Shown here piece after piece: positions 1 to 11,103 of a DNA stretch of 64,000 bases; within the stretch, counting starts at the first letter, position 1; every line of letters starts with the position of its first letter. This DNA comes from Candidatus Kapaibacterium sp. Its GTDB lineage: Bacteria; Bacteroidota; Ignavibacteria; Kapaibacteriales; UBA2268. The notes under the pieces are model-generated. The model worked only from the letters and a program-made list of their open reading frames with translations. It ran no database searches and was not told the DNA's origin. The stretch spans positions 4,768,001 through 4,832,000 of the forward strand of contig OY762428.1 of assembly GCA_963665665.1 (NCBI GenBank), written 5' to 3'. A program made the translations under genes and the position numbers.

Positions 1-831
1 ATCAATTTTTTTCTGAATTTCTTTCTTCAGAGTTATAAAAGTTTTATCCCTGAAATATGAAGAAATTTTTCTGCTTATGGCATCGCTTACCGAATCAAAA
101 TCAAGAATTGTTTCAGGGTATGCAGTGAGCGGTATCAGGGAAAGTATAAAATTATCTTTCTTATCCTTCAATATAAAACATTCATCGCTGTTCACTATCT
201 TATCGGCAAATTCCTTTGCTTCTGATTCCATGCGTAATAATCCTCTTTCGCTGAAAGAATCGATTGTCGAATCCGGATCAATTTCATTAATTGTACAAAA
301 CTCTCTGGCGTAATATTTTCCAAGTTTTAAATCAGATTTAGCCAGTTGGTTTATAATTTTGTCCTCAGACTGAAACTGCCAAAATGATTTCATCCCGGCA
401 ACTGGTTTTTCGTAATTGCTGCCAATCAGCTGGTCCTTATTTTTAAGAGAATCAATTATCCTGCCTCCGGGAGTTAATACAAAAATATTGGAGTTTGGCC
501 CCCCGAATATATGAGCAATAAGAATTGTGTTTATAAACCGGAACTCAAATATACGGTTGTTTTCAATTAGTATCACCTCCTGCAGCACTTCGCCCTTCAA
601 ATCATCGAAAATATCAACTGTATTTTTTCCGGCCCTCCTGAAACCACGCCGTAAATATATTGACGAGCTTCCCGGCCTGGCATCAAATTGAAGGGGAATA
701 AAATCATCTCCTTTGTCGAAATATAATACACAACTGTCCTTTTCCTGGGTAAATATTTCTGCCAGGGATAAACCAATCAGGGAGTTGAATTCTTTTAGCA
801 ATGCTGCAAGTGTGAAATTGTGTTTTATCAT
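1..831 (-). CDS. NFACT/RqcH (FbpA-like) family protein, N-terminal part; runs off the window start
   Basis: Not in the ORF track. Manual translation from ATG at 831 gives MIKHNFTLAALLKEFNSLIGLSLAEIFTQEKD...LIENNRIFEFRF...LIAHIFGGPNSNIFVL...IIDSLK, open to base 1. This resembles NFACT-N domains. Confidence 0.65.
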   Translation of the reverse strand, partial: MIKHNFTLAALLKEFNSLIGLSLAEIFTQEKDSCVLYFDKGDDFIPLQFDARPGSSSIYLRRGFRRAGKNTVDIFDDLKGEVLQEVILIENNRIFEFRFINTILIAHIFGGPNSNIFVLTPGGRIIDSLKNKDQLIGSNYEKPVAGMKSFWQFQSEDKIINQLAKSDLKLGKYYAREFCTINEIDPDSTIDSFSERGLLRMESEAKEFADKIVNSDECFILKDKKDNFILSLIPLTAYPETILDFDSVSDAISRKISSYFRDKTFITLKKEIQKKID

Positions 832-918
832 TGAAGTTTTATTTAACTAAAAAAAATCATTATTTTGAATTTTACAATATTCAAAAATAATCTTTTGATT
901 GATAAACCCGAAAATATT

Positions 919-1842
919 ATGCAAAAAAAAATTGAAAAAACGATAAAACCGAGTGTTTCCAAAACAGGATATATATCCGGCAGACTTGAAATTGATATTA
1001 AGGAATTCGTTCTTTACTCATTTCATAAATCCCTGAACTATTATTATGAGCGCAGAGATGAATGTCTTGCAGAATTTTCGGAAATAAGTGTACATGATTT
1101 CAGGGTAACAGTTAGGAGACTGATGTCTTTTCTTGAATTGATGAATGAATTGTATTCCTCGGAATACAAGGATAAATTGATCAGCCTATTGTCTGTGCAA
1201 ATGAAATATTTCTCAGCTCTAAGGGATACCCAGGTTCAGATACTCTTGATTCAGCAATTAAAGGAAAAACTATCGCATTTGAATATTTTCTTCTTCCATC
1301 TTTTGAAAAAAGAGCAGGAACATATATATAAAATTCAGCAGAAAATTCCTTTGCTTATTTCTCCTGAATTTGATGAAACAATAAAACAATATGAAAAAGA
1401 ACTCCGGGATGTGGTTATCCCTGAAATAAATGATATTGAACAATTTTTTCTGACAATTGATAAAGCTTATTGCAGGTGCAGCGAATTAATTTCAAAACTC
1501 AACCCTGCCAATGCGCATACTATCCACGAACTGCGTCTTGCATTTAAAAAATTCAGATATATGGTAGAACATACCAGGGAATTAAACCTTATCAACGACC
1601 AGAAAATGAAAAAATTCAAAAAATTTCAGGACCTGATGGGTGCGGTGCAGGACAGTGAAGTCTTGCAAAAGAGGCTGAAAAAATTCTTCAATAAATATGA
1701 TATGATCCCAGAGTCCTGCGTAAAAGAAATATTGGACTACTTTAATTCAGATGAGCAATCAAAAATCTCAAAATTTATTGATAAGGCCGACGGGATAAAT
1801 CAGTTGTGGAATGTTCCAAAGAAAAGAATAAATCCGGCCTGA
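919..1842 (+). CDS. CHAD domain protein (polyphosphate-binding)
   Basis: CHAD motifs VHDFRVTVRRL, LRDTQV, HELRLAFKKFRY and QDLMGAVQDSEV. ATG at 919 preferred over TTG at 865. Confidence 0.85.
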   Translation: MQKKIEKTIKPSVSKTGYISGRLEIDIKEFVLYSFHKSLNYYYERRDECLAEFSEISVHDFRVTVRRLMSFLELMNELYSSEYKDKLISLLSVQMKYFSALRDTQVQILLIQQLKEKLSHLNIFFFHLLKKEQEHIYKIQQKIPLLISPEFDETIKQYEKELRDVVIPEINDIEQFFLTIDKAYCRCSELISKLNPANAHTIHELRLAFKKFRYMVEHTRELNLINDQKMKKFKKFQDLMGAVQDSEVLQKRLKKFFNKYDMIPESCVKEILDYFNSDEQSKISKFIDKADGINQLWNVPKKRINPA

Positions 1843-2017
1843 TAATGCTTAGGGGCGATTGCGTTTCACTCGGAATACTTGCGAAACCTGCACACATTTG
1901 GCGTAAACCTTCGTGAAAAGGAAAAAAAAGAAACAAGACGAAAACGCAAATCCGGAACAATAAATCTTATCAATTAATTTATCGCCTCGAATAAGACTAT
2001 TTAAGCAAAATTGCGGA

Positions 2018-2048
2018 CAGCTATATCCTGATTATCAGGGTAAGCTGT
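2018..2048. terminator. hairpin between convergent genes, possible terminator
   Basis: ACAGCT..CCTGAT-T-ATCAGG..AGCTGT inverted repeat followed by T-rich sequence. Confidence 0.4.
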
Positions 2049-2262
2049 AATTTTATTGTGTTTTTTCATCGTCATATTGGTTGTACTCGATTATTTTTGA
2101 TTTCCCGGAATATTTTGTCCTGACTAAATTCAATTTCAATGAAAATTACTCCGGAATCTGATCATATTCCAGCTTTTCGTTCCGGCACTAATTAATATTC
2201 TTTTACATTAAATCATTCCACAAAAAAATAATTGCTTCTTAATTATTTCAATTTTATTTCTG

Positions 2263-2862
2263 CTATTCGGAAGCCCCAACCATTAAATTATTCTTTTTAA
2301 ATATTTTCCTTATCCTTAGCAAATCAGCAGGACATCTCCGGTAAAGTATAAAAGAAATAACTATCAACAATACCATTGGAATAAAATTTGATATTGATAA
2401 CATCTGAACAATATCTCCATTGTTTTCGGTCATTACACTGAATTCACTGCTTCCCATGGTAAAACTCAAAACCCCGAGCATGAATACTGATAAGTAGGCA
2501 TTCTCTGTTTCTTTATATACTAAAACCAAAGACAATATATTAAAAGCAGGAATAAGTAAGATCATAAAAACAGCCCATAATAAAATGACTTCATATTCCA
2601 GGATTAGTGATATTCCCGACAAAACCTTCATAGCTAAGAAAAACCAGAGTAGAACCTTCAATATCATTTTCAGTTGGGGATAATCCTTCATTTCATACAT
2701 CATTTTTATCCTGCCCGTCAGCCCGCGGATATCTCTTTCAGTATATTTGTTGTTCAGGGCATGAACAACTTCATCTTCGATTTTTCCTTCGGATAAAAGG
2801 CCATGTATTTCCATAATCCCGGTTTCATATCTTTCCTTCGTTCCTGCAATAGGTAATCTCAT
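2263..2862 (-). CDS. hypothetical membrane protein (about 4 TM helices)
   Basis: 199 aa ORF with four hydrophobic segments; no family recognised. Confidence 0.65.
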   Translation of the reverse strand: MRLPIAGTKERYETGIMEIHGLLSEGKIEDEVVHALNNKYTERDIRGLTGRIKMMYEMKDYPQLKMILKVLLWFFLAMKVLSGISLILEYEVILLWAVFMILLIPAFNILSLVLVYKETENAYLSVFMLGVLSFTMGSSEFSVMTENNGDIVQMLSISNFIPMVLLIVISFILYRRCPADLLRIRKIFKKNNLMVGASE

Positions 2863-3063
2863 TATAAAATCCTGAATAAATCTCTTAACATATTTTAATA
2901 TTTTAAAAATTAAAAAAAATCATTTATAGCAAGGTTCTGCTTATAGAAAATTGTTCTCTGCCATGTTTTAAAATAAGGAATTTAAAATTCAATCAATATA
3001 ACCAAAGGGTAACCCATCAGACTTTGTTAAATTCATTTATGATCCAAAATAACGCCTGAAAAG

Positions 3064-3152
3064 TGGCATTCTGATCGAGTTTGCGAGTGAAGAATCAGGA
3101 AGAAACAGCCGAAAATTCTGATGAATGGATTCTTCGCGGCGCTCAGAATGAC
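3064..3152. repeat. REP-like inverted repeat pair, family A (GTCATTCTGAG...GAAGAATC / GATTCTTC...CTCAGAATGAC)
   Basis: ggcattctgatcg...gtgaagaatc and ggattcttcgcggcgctcagaatgac. Related copies at 12167, 28523, 49088 and 50641. Confidence 0.7.
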
Positions 3153-3202
3153 CGCTTTGTATAGTTTTTCCATATTTCCAAAATCCAACTGAATAGTTAT
3201 CG

Positions 3203-4843
3203 TTATTTTGATTCCTTGTAGAAGTTTATCAATCCGTTTGTAGAGGAATCGTGGCTGGTAACTTCATTTTCATTTTCAAGTTCTGGCAAAATATTTCTTG
3301 CCAGTATTTTTCCAAGTTCAACACCCCACTGGTCAAAAGAGTTTATATTCCATATATGCCCCTGAACAAATACTTTATGTTCATACATGGATATCAGCAT
3401 ACCAAGTGTTTCAGGGCATAGTTTTTTATACATAATAGAATTACTTGGTTTGTTTCCTTCGAAAATTTTATGAGCTAATAATTCTTCAAGTTCCTTTCCG
3501 TCCAAACCTTTACTTTTCAGTTCATTCATCGCTTCGGCCTGGGTTTTGCCTTTCATCAGGGCTTCTGTCTGGGCAAAGAAATTTGAAAGAAAAACATTAT
3601 GGTGATTGCCTATATGGTTATGTGGAATTGCTGGGGCAAGGAAGTCTGCCGGGATCAACCTGCTGCCCTGGTGTATCAGCTGAAAAAACGAATGCTGGGC
3701 ATTTGTGCCGGCGGCACCCCAAATTACAGGCCCGGTAGAATAATTCACTCTGTTACCTTCTCTGTCGATTGTTTTTCCGTTACTTTCCATATCCAGTTGC
3801 TGAATATAATCCGGCAGCTTGGCTAAGTAGTGGTCATAAGGTATAACCGCATGGCTGTCAGCGCCGAAAAAATTAGTGTACCATATTCCCAGAAGGCCAA
3901 GAATAACAGGTATATTTCTGTCGAATGGAGCCTCGCGGAAATGTATATCCATTTTATTTGCTCCCGAAAGCAGGGCAAGGAAATTATCCATACCCACATA
4001 AAGGGCGATAGACATACCAATTGCAGACCACAAAGAGTAGCGTCCGCCTACCCAGTCCCAGAATTCAAACATGTTTGCCGGGTCTATCCCGAATTCAACT
4101 ACAGCGTCTGTATTAGTTGAAAGGGCAATAAAATGTTTGCTTATGTCATCCAGGTTAGTTTCTTCTTTCCTTAAAAACCACTCTCTTGCTGTCATGGCAT
4201 TAGTTATTGTTTCCTGGGTAGTAAATGATTTGGAAGCAATAATAAAGAGAGTTGTTTCCGGGTTCAGCTGCTTCAATGTTTCGTGAATGGCATTGCCGTC
4301 CACATTTGAAACAAAATGCATATTCAACCCCGGTTTTGAATATGGCCTAAGAGCATTGCAAACCATTTCAGGGCCAAGATGAGAACCACCGATACCAATA
4401 TTCACAATATCAGTTATCGTCATACCACTGAAGCCAAGCCATTGGCCTTCATGAAGTTTTTCTACAAAATCAGACATTTTGTCCAGTTCTTTCCTGATAA
4501 CCGGAATTATATCATTATTATCCAACGAAATGCGTGTGTCGGCAGGGGCGCGTAATGCCGTATGAAGAACAGCCCTTTTTTCAGTCCAATTGATTTTCTC
4601 ACCACGAAACATTGATTCGATAGCGCTATCCAGGTCTGTTTCTTCCGCCAGTTCAACCAGGAGTGCTAATATTTCCTTGGTGATAATATTTTTCGAAAAA
4701 TCGAAAAGAATATTCTCAAATCTGATACTGAATGTATCAAACCTTGATTGATCTTTTTCGAACAATTCCCGCATTTGTAAGTTTGCTGCATAATTGAAAC
4801 TATTTTCGAGCTTTTTCCATGCTTTGGTATTTACAGGACTCAT
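3203..4843 (-). CDS. pgi: glucose-6-phosphate isomerase
   Basis: Motifs [47 protein letters not shown] and [13 protein letters not shown] at 4843. Confidence 0.98.
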   Translation of the reverse strand: MSPVNTKAWKKLENSFNYAANLQMRELFEKDQSRFDTFSIRFENILFDFSKNIITKEILALLVELAEETDLDSAIESMFRGEKINWTEKRAVLHTALRAPADTRISLDNNDIIPVIRKELDKMSDFVEKLHEGQWLGFSGMTITDIVNIGIGGSHLGPEMVCNALRPYSKPGLNMHFVSNVDGNAIHETLKQLNPETTLFIIASKSFTTQETITNAMTAREWFLRKEETNLDDISKHFIALSTNTDAVVEFGIDPANMFEFWDWVGGRYSLWSAIGMSIALYVGMDNFLALLSGANKMDIHFREAPFDRNIPVILGLLGIWYTNFFGADSHAVIPYDHYLAKLPDYIQQLDMESNGKTIDREGNRVNYSTGPVIWGAAGTNAQHSFFQLIHQGSRLIPADFLAPAIPHNHIGNHHNVFLSNFFAQTEALMKGKTQAEAMNELKSKGLDGKELEELLAHKIFEGNKPSNSIMYKKLCPETLGMLISMYEHKVFVQGHIWNINSFDQWGVELGKILARNILPELENENEVTSHDSSTNGLINFYKESK

Positions 4844-4989
4844 AGTATCTCCGGGTGATTCAATTCTGAATTCAGTTTGTAAAGAAGTTATCAATATAAA
4901 TTTACAGGAAAAAATTTATAAACACAATTAATAATGGATAATTTAGGGAGTAAGAAGAAAGTAAAATCCCGGAAGAATTAATTTAGTGT

Positions 4990-6597
4990 TTATTCATAAT
5001 CAAATTCAAGCCCGAATAAAGAAGGAGGCCTGAATTCATGATTGCGAAAAGCAGAGAATAATTGATTGGTTGTAAATATTATCCCTGCGAATTTCTTCTC
5101 ATCGAAATTAAATGCAAAATCGAACCTGTATATGCTTGATTCTCCGAATGATGTCATGTTATGAAAACGGATTCCTATTCCTGCGGAATTATGCCATCGG
5201 GTATCTTTCAAATGTGTATCCTGCCGCCAAACCGATCCAAGATCGTAAAAAGCAACGGCAGACAATTTTAATTTTGCCAGTTCCCAGCCCGGAAAAGCTC
5301 TCAACTCCAGATTGGCGATCATTCTGTTATCGCCGGCGAGGTCGTTTGCGCTGTATCCGCGCAGCCCGGCATCATTATCAAGTATTAACTGACGTAATGC
5401 ACCCCAGTTCCATACTGCCTGCTCACGAACCCTTGCTGCAAGTAGAAATACCGAAGACAACCTGTAGAAGCCAAGGCCGAGAAATTCCTGATATGTGTAG
5501 ACTCCGTTTGCACGCTTAAATCCGCTGGCACCGGTTATCTGCCCGAATAAATAAATATTATCGCTGAAATAGGAACGTTCGCCCTGGCCAGCTATGTAGT
5601 AAAGCCCCTCGCCCCTGTGGCCAATGGGGAATGTTTTACCAAGAATGGCAGTACCCCAGCCACCAACAGGCATATCTTCGTCATGATATGTATTGATTTT
5701 TTTTGTTTTGATAAATTCCCTTGCAACCGAAGAAAATGCAAGGAAGAATTTGCCGGAATTATCAAAGGCCCTTCTGTATTCCGGACTGTACCTGTCAACA
5801 TCTTCCCATTCCAGGCCTATTGTGGCGAAAACTCTGTCCTGTTTCCACCAGGCTTTAGATACCCAGGCAGAAATACGCCTTTCGTGGAAAGACATAAGAT
5901 TGAAGGAATCCTTTGTATTGTAAAGGAAATCTTTGCCAAAAGAATTTAATCCGTTCAACCCGAATGAATATTCTGTTTCCTCAGTCCTGTACGGCTTATT
6001 TATTGTAAAAAGCTGGTCTGTTCTGTATTTATTTGCTATCAGAATCATGGATAGCCCCAATTCTGAACGGAACAGCCTTCTTTGTGCCAATTCAAAAGCC
6101 CCCTGCCATTTTATGTTGTTTTCCGTTCTGTAAAGCCCTTCAACTGATAGTCTGGTTCCGGTGCCAAGCAGATTAAGTTCTTCAAGCCGTCCCCCGTAAT
6201 TGCTTTCGCCACCGCCAGTTCCCAGTAGCAGGCTTGGCTGGGTTGACCAGCGTTCCCGGGTAACGATATAAACATCATATTCATCATCACTAACCGAATC
6301 AAGTTCAATTTTTACTTCGGAAAAAAGCCCGGTTTTTCTAAGATTTCTTTCTGTTTCAGCAAGTGTGAACGGATCAATTTCATCTTCAATATCAAATAGA
6401 AGCTCGTCTTCAATAATATAGTTTTTTGTCATTACGTGTAGTGCATTCATCCACTTATAAGCAAAAAATCTGTGAGCTTCTGTAGAATCAAATACATTTA
6501 CCCTGTCAAAATAAATATTTCCTACGTAGACCTGTGATAAAACAGGAGCGCAGGAAAAAAGCAGCAATAATAAAAAAAATAATCTTTTCACGATCAT
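4990..6597 (-). CDS. Omp85/BamA-TamA family outer membrane protein (POTRA + beta-barrel)
   Basis: Signal peptide, POTRA-like ETERNLRKTGLFSEVKI, barrel motif GLRGY and NLELR...AFYDLGSVW...SAGIGIRF. Confidence 0.75.
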   Translation of the reverse strand: MIVKRLFFLLLLLFSCAPVLSQVYVGNIYFDRVNVFDSTEAHRFFAYKWMNALHVMTKNYIIEDELLFDIEDEIDPFTLAETERNLRKTGLFSEVKIELDSVSDDEYDVYIVTRERWSTQPSLLLGTGGGESNYGGRLEELNLLGTGTRLSVEGLYRTENNIKWQGAFELAQRRLFRSELGLSMILIANKYRTDQLFTINKPYRTEETEYSFGLNGLNSFGKDFLYNTKDSFNLMSFHERRISAWVSKAWWKQDRVFATIGLEWEDVDRYSPEYRRAFDNSGKFFLAFSSVAREFIKTKKINTYHDEDMPVGGWGTAILGKTFPIGHRGEGLYYIAGQGERSYFSDNIYLFGQITGASGFKRANGVYTYQEFLGLGFYRLSSVFLLAARVREQAVWNWGALRQLILDNDAGLRGYSANDLAGDNRMIANLELRAFPGWELAKLKLSAVAFYDLGSVWRQDTHLKDTRWHNSAGIGIRFHNMTSFGESSIYRFDFAFNFDEKKFAGIIFTTNQLFSAFRNHEFRPPSLFGLEFDYE

Positions 6598-6651
6598 ATC
6601 CGATCTTTAACAATTTGTATTTGTAAACGGTTTTTGTGTTATTTATTTTAC

Positions 6652-8559
6652 TTATTTGAAAATTTTATCAATCTCCGCCCCTTGAAGTTCCATCATAATT
6701 CTTCTTCCATTTGGTGCCCTGTAAGGATTAGAGCATTGCAGCAGTTCCTTTATCAGGGATTCGGCCTCCTTCTCACCAAGAATTTTATCATCTCTTATTG
6801 CGCTGCGAACGGCAAATGACTCTGCGATTTTTTCTTTTCTGCTGCTGTTGGCGTTTCCCTGCATTTTTTCGAAACTGTCGATTATATCGCCGAGTGCTTT
6901 TTCGGCTGCACCACTATTCAAATCAGAAGGAATTGCACTGATCTCCACTGAATTATCATTTTTCAGATCAATGAAAAAACCTATTGAGTTCAATTCGGTT
7001 AATATTTCATTCAAAATAGTAAATTTTACAGGTGAAAGTGTTATTCTTTCAGGAAATAATAATTCCTGTGATGATGTGGGATTACCCTCGATATTTTTCA
7101 ATGATCTTTCGTATAATATCCTTATGTGGGCAGCTCTTTTATCAACAAGAGTTATCGAATCAGGTTTCAACAAAAGTAAATAACGTGAACGAAGTTGCCA
7201 TATATCAGCTTTTAACTGCTTTATTTCAATATCGATTTCATGTCTGTTACCGGTTGTGGGGGTATGCGGGATTTCATCAAAAGAATCTTTTTTCCCACCA
7301 AAAATTGCGTCATAAGCTGACTGTTCTTTTCTTCCAAAATTATCTCTGTCGGGGATAGGGGAGCGATAACTATCATTTTCGTATGGCCTTGGCGATGTAA
7401 ATGAACTGCTGCTTACAGCCCTGGGCATTTCGTTTTCATTATCAATTATTTCTCCCGTTTCACGGTTAATCGCAATTCTTCCTTTAGCGCTTTCCTCGGT
7501 AAAGAATGGTGCTTTAGCCGAAAATTCAGCAAGACTGAAGTCCGGAGTCAGGTTCTCCGCCTGCAATGCTTTGTTCAAAGTTTCTGTCAGACAGTTGTAA
7601 ATGTATTGTTCATCATCGAACTTTACTTCATTCTTCTGCGGGTGAACGTTTACATCTACTCTTTTAGGGTCTATATCAATATTAATAATATAAACCGGAT
7701 GCCTGTCTTTATCAATTAGTTTTTCCAGGGTTTTATAGATAGCATGGCTGAGCGATCGGCTGATTATCGATCTGCCGTTCATAAAAAGAAACTGTCCGCT
7801 TCGGTTATTCTTGGCAATAACCGGATTTCCAAGATAGCCGTAGATTTTCATAGATTTGTTCTCGAACCCGAGTTTAATCAGGGAATCTGTTGTTTCAGGC
7901 CCTATTGCATCCCTGATTCTTTGTTCCGGAGTCGATGGGAACAGGTCAAAAATTAATGTATCGCCATCATAAAATGTAAATCTTTTATCCGGATTACTGA
8001 GTGCAAATTTGGTCATAGTATCTGAAATATGCCGGAACTCAGTAAGGTTTGATTTTAAGAATTTTCGTCTGGCAGGAACGTTGTAGAAGAGATTTTTTAC
8101 AAATACCTGTGTTCCTGTCTCATTTGCAGCAGGTTCAATATTTTGTTCCCTGTTTGGTTCGGCTGTAAGCTTCCAACCTAATTCATCGTCGTTTCTTTTA
8201 GTTCTGATCTCCAGAGATGCAACAGAAGATATTGATGCAAGTGCTTCTCCCCGGAATCCGTATGTAAGTATCTCTTCAAGGTCATTTTGTGTTTTGATTT
8301 TGCTTGTTGCATGCCTTTTAGTAGACAAAAGCAAATCCTTATCATTCATGCCACTGCCATTATCTACCACGTGGATAAGTTGTTTTCCTGCCTGGCGTAT
8401 TATCACGGCAATTGTATCTGCTCCTGCGTCAATTGCATTTTCAACCAATTCCTTTACCACCGACTGAGGCCTTTGAACCACTTCTCCGGCGGCAATCTGG
8501 TTAGCAATAAAATCCGGCAGAATATTTATCGTTGTTTCACTATGTTTATCATTTTTCAT
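6652..8559 (-). CDS. mutL: DNA mismatch repair endonuclease MutL
   Basis: ANQIAAGEVVQRP, KELVENAIDAGA, HATSKI, GFRGEALASI, VDVNVHPQKNEV and C-terminal PNGR. ATG at 8559. Confidence 0.97.
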   Translation of the reverse strand: MKNDKHSETTINILPDFIANQIAAGEVVQRPQSVVKELVENAIDAGADTIAVIIRQAGKQLIHVVDNGSGMNDKDLLLSTKRHATSKIKTQNDLEEILTYGFRGEALASISSVASLEIRTKRNDDELGWKLTAEPNREQNIEPAANETGTQVFVKNLFYNVPARRKFLKSNLTEFRHISDTMTKFALSNPDKRFTFYDGDTLIFDLFPSTPEQRIRDAIGPETTDSLIKLGFENKSMKIYGYLGNPVIAKNNRSGQFLFMNGRSIISRSLSHAIYKTLEKLIDKDRHPVYIINIDIDPKRVDVNVHPQKNEVKFDDEQYIYNCLTETLNKALQAENLTPDFSLAEFSAKAPFFTEESAKGRIAINRETGEIIDNENEMPRAVSSSSFTSPRPYENDSYRSPIPDRDNFGRKEQSAYDAIFGGKKDSFDEIPHTPTTGNRHEIDIEIKQLKADIWQLRSRYLLLLKPDSITLVDKRAAHIRILYERSLKNIEGNPTSSQELLFPERITLSPVKFTILNEILTELNSIGFFIDLKNDNSVEISAIPSDLNSGAAEKALGDIIDSFEKMQGNANSSRKEKIAESFAVRSAIRDDKILGEKEAESLIKELLQCSNPYRAPNGRRIMMELQGAEIDKIFK

Positions 8560-8564
8560 AGCTG

Positions 8565-8572
8565 CAAATATA
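8565..8572 (-). promoter_or_regulatory. Bacteroidota-type -7 promoter motif (TAnnTTTG) just upstream of mutL
   Basis: Minus strand reads TATATTTG-CAGCT-ATG. Confidence 0.4.
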
Positions 8573-9176
8573 AGAATAAATTTTAGGAAGAGGCAACCGG
8601 GCATATTCCGATTATCGGAATAATCCTGATCTTTTTTCTGATCCGGTTCATTTCTATCAAGATGTTATCCCTGCTATAACTTAAGGAAGGGAATTTGAAT
8701 GATGCAAAGTTTGCGTACTATGCAGGATATAAGTATTTTTTTTTGTTCAAAACGTTCCGGGAAGCTTAAAGAGCAATATCAAAATTTTTTCGATTGGTTT
8801 CAAATGCATAATATCGTCGCTTTTTCATTTTTATTTTTGAGTAACATAAATTTCATAAGCTTAACGATACGTAAATTGCCAGACGAATATTCCTTTGAAA
8901 ATAAAAGCGGTTTGCTGTGGATAATGTTCGAAAAATTTCTTTGCGGGCATACACCTGATTCGCTTTACTTACTTATACTTCGGGAATTGTATGTTTCAGC
9001 AGCAGGATATTTAATAATAAAATTGAAACTTTGATTTCATTCAGTCGTTGAAGCTTTATCTTTGGGAATTGATTTGGATTTCAATTAATTTTTTTTCAAT
9101 ATTTTTGTATGAATACCGGATGAAATTATCCTGATATTGATTTTTTTGGTAAATCAACAAATTGCAGGGAAAGAAT

Positions 9177-9821
9177 ATGAAAAATTTAATACAAATTATT
9201 TTATTCGCAATGCTTATATCAGCTTTGGCTGCAAAAGCAGAAGAAGAAACACTTCTTGGAGCTGGTATCGAAAATGTAGGAGCTTACTTCAGTATTGACT
9301 CCCATGTATCACACTTCGATTCAGATATAAATTTTCTAACAGGTGGGAGGTTTGTTCTGATCTTCAATAATGTTATAGGAATTGGCTCTGCAAGCTCTGA
9401 AATTGCCGATGGGAAGACTTTTGAATTAAACGGTGTGAAGGCCGATTTGACTGCTGATTATGGCGGACTTTATTTTGAATACATTAACAACTACAGTAGT
9501 AGCGTACACTACAATTTGAACTGCCTTCTTGGATTTGGCACTGCTTCGTTCAATGATGTGTTGATACCTGATGGAAATGGTAATTCCTGGTTTAAGGAAA
9601 CATCTTCATTTTTTGTTGTTGAACCAAAAGCAAATATTGAAGTAAATGTTATAAGTTATGTTCGCCTTGAGCTTGGTGCCGGATACAGGTTCGCAATGGG
9701 AGTGGAGTTGCCATATTTTGACGATGCTGATATTAATGGATTTACCGCAACTTTGGGAATAAAGATAGGGCTTTTCCAGGGATATAACCTGAAGAAGATA
9801 TTTGGTGGCGATGATGATTAG
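9177..9821 (+). CDS. secreted outer-membrane beta-barrel protein
   Basis: Signal peptide ending AKA-EEE, then alternating aromatic/Gly strands (YGGLYFEY, FFVVEP, LGAGYRF). Confidence 0.7.
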   Translation: MKNLIQIILFAMLISALAAKAEEETLLGAGIENVGAYFSIDSHVSHFDSDINFLTGGRFVLIFNNVIGIGSASSEIADGKTFELNGVKADLTADYGGLYFEYINNYSSSVHYNLNCLLGFGTASFNDVLIPDGNGNSWFKETSSFFVVEPKANIEVNVISYVRLELGAGYRFAMGVELPYFDDADINGFTATLGIKIGLFQGYNLKKIFGGDDD

Positions 9822-9899
9822 GGATTACAATTTTTTGCCGGAAAAATGGTTATATAGCATAGTGTTTTCCAGGTCATAGTTAGTTATTGAAAAGGATAA

Positions 9900-10424
9900 T
9901 CAGCAGTCGATTCCGGGACGTGAAATCACGCCTTTCTGGTAGTAATGCCTGACTTCCTTCATTTCCGTTATCAGGTCGGCGTTGGCAAGTATTTCATTCG
10001 GGCAGTATCTGCCTGTAACTATAAGTTCCGTCTTTTGTGGTTTCAGGTGAAAAAGGTCTATCAAATCCTGATTTTTCAGCATTTTGTAATACAGGCAAAC
10101 GCAAATTTCATCGAGAACCACAATGTCGAATTTTCCACTTAGCATTGCTTCTTTTGCTCTTTCAAATCCGTGGCGGATTGTTTGGATTTCTTCTGCATTT
10201 GGTTTTCTTTTCTGGATTATGAAATCTTCGCCACCGTACTGTTCTAATCGAACAAGGTTGGTAAACTTTCTGAATGCATTTAATTCAGAGTATGGGAATT
10301 CCTTCATAAACTGCATGATAAAAGTGTTCATTCCTATGCCGGCGGCGCGAAGAGCTACGCCAAGAGCTGCTGTTGTTTTGCCCTTGCCGTTGCCCGTATA
10401 AATTTGTATATAGCCCTTTTCCAT
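9900..10424 (-). CDS. cobO: cob(I)yrinic acid a,c-diamide adenosyltransferase (CobO/BtuR)
   Basis: IQIYTGNGKGKTTAALG, QFMK, DIVVLDEI, ELIVTGR and ADLITEMKEVRH. Confidence 0.95.
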   Translation of the reverse strand: MEKGYIQIYTGNGKGKTTAALGVALRAAGIGMNTFIMQFMKEFPYSELNAFRKFTNLVRLEQYGGEDFIIQKRKPNAEEIQTIRHGFERAKEAMLSGKFDIVVLDEICVCLYYKMLKNQDLIDLFHLKPQKTELIVTGRYCPNEILANADLITEMKEVRHYYQKGVISRPGIDC

Positions 10425-10489
10425 AATTTTCCGATATTTGCATCTGTTTTTTATGCAATTTAATAATTATGACTGAAATTTTTTGAAAA

Positions 10490-10909
10490 ATGATAAAGAT
10501 TGGCAATATTGAGATTAGCGATTCCGAGATAGAACTCTCCTTTGTTAGAGCTTCAGGGCCGGGAGGACAGAATGTGAACAAAGTTGCTACAGCGGTACAG
10601 CTCAGGTTCGACATAATGGCAAGTTCCCTTACGGAAGAGCTGAAGGAAGCCCTGAAAAAAATTGCAGGCGATAAAGTTAGTTCAGACGGCATCCTGATAA
10701 TTGATGCCCGTAGGTTTCGTACGCAAACAGCAAACAGGAAAGATGCTTTCAAAAGGCTTGCCGATATGATCCGCAAGGCTGGTATCAGGCCCAAAAAAAG
10801 GAAAAAGTCCAAACCATCGGCAGCGGCACGTGAAGAAAGGCTGAAAAAGAAGAAAAGACGCTCTGAAATAAAGAGCGGGCGTGGCAGTGGCAGGAAATGG
10901 ATGATGTAA
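10490..10909 (+). CDS. arfB: alternative ribosome rescue peptidyl-tRNA hydrolase ArfB
   Basis: RASGPGGQNVNKVATAVQLRF and a basic C-terminal tail. Confidence 0.95.
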   Translation: MIKIGNIEISDSEIELSFVRASGPGGQNVNKVATAVQLRFDIMASSLTEELKEALKKIAGDKVSSDGILIIDARRFRTQTANRKDAFKRLADMIRKAGIRPKKRKKSKPSAAAREERLKKKKRRSEIKSGRGSGRKWMM

Positions 10910-11103
10910 TTTAAGTTGTTTTACTTTTTTGATTTTAAACATTAAAAATGGGTTTAAAATTTTCCTTTTCATTTCTCGATATTCGGGAATCAAAGGCTGT
11001 CAATATTTCTCAGGTATTATACTATACAACGTGATATTTATTGATTCCGACACGGAACAATTTTAGAAGCAGTAATTATGTAGAATTTCCACAAAGCGTT
11101 AAA

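Noticed and set aside
1851-1988. Possible structured ncRNA (GGGGCGAT/ATCGCCTC and TTGCGTTT/AAACGCAA pairings; tmRNA-like 5' end)
   Set aside because: Only two short stems, with no tRNA-like 3' end or other family hallmark. An Rfam/Infernal search would be needed.
8916-8924. DnaA box TGTGGATAA (also at 33659-33667) suggesting oriC
   Set aside because: Isolated single boxes; about one is expected by chance in 64 kb of AT-rich DNA, and there is no cluster or dnaA context.
8699-9034. 111 aa ORF between mutL and the beta-barrel gene
   Set aside because: No RBS or motif, and composition like AT-rich intergenic DNA.
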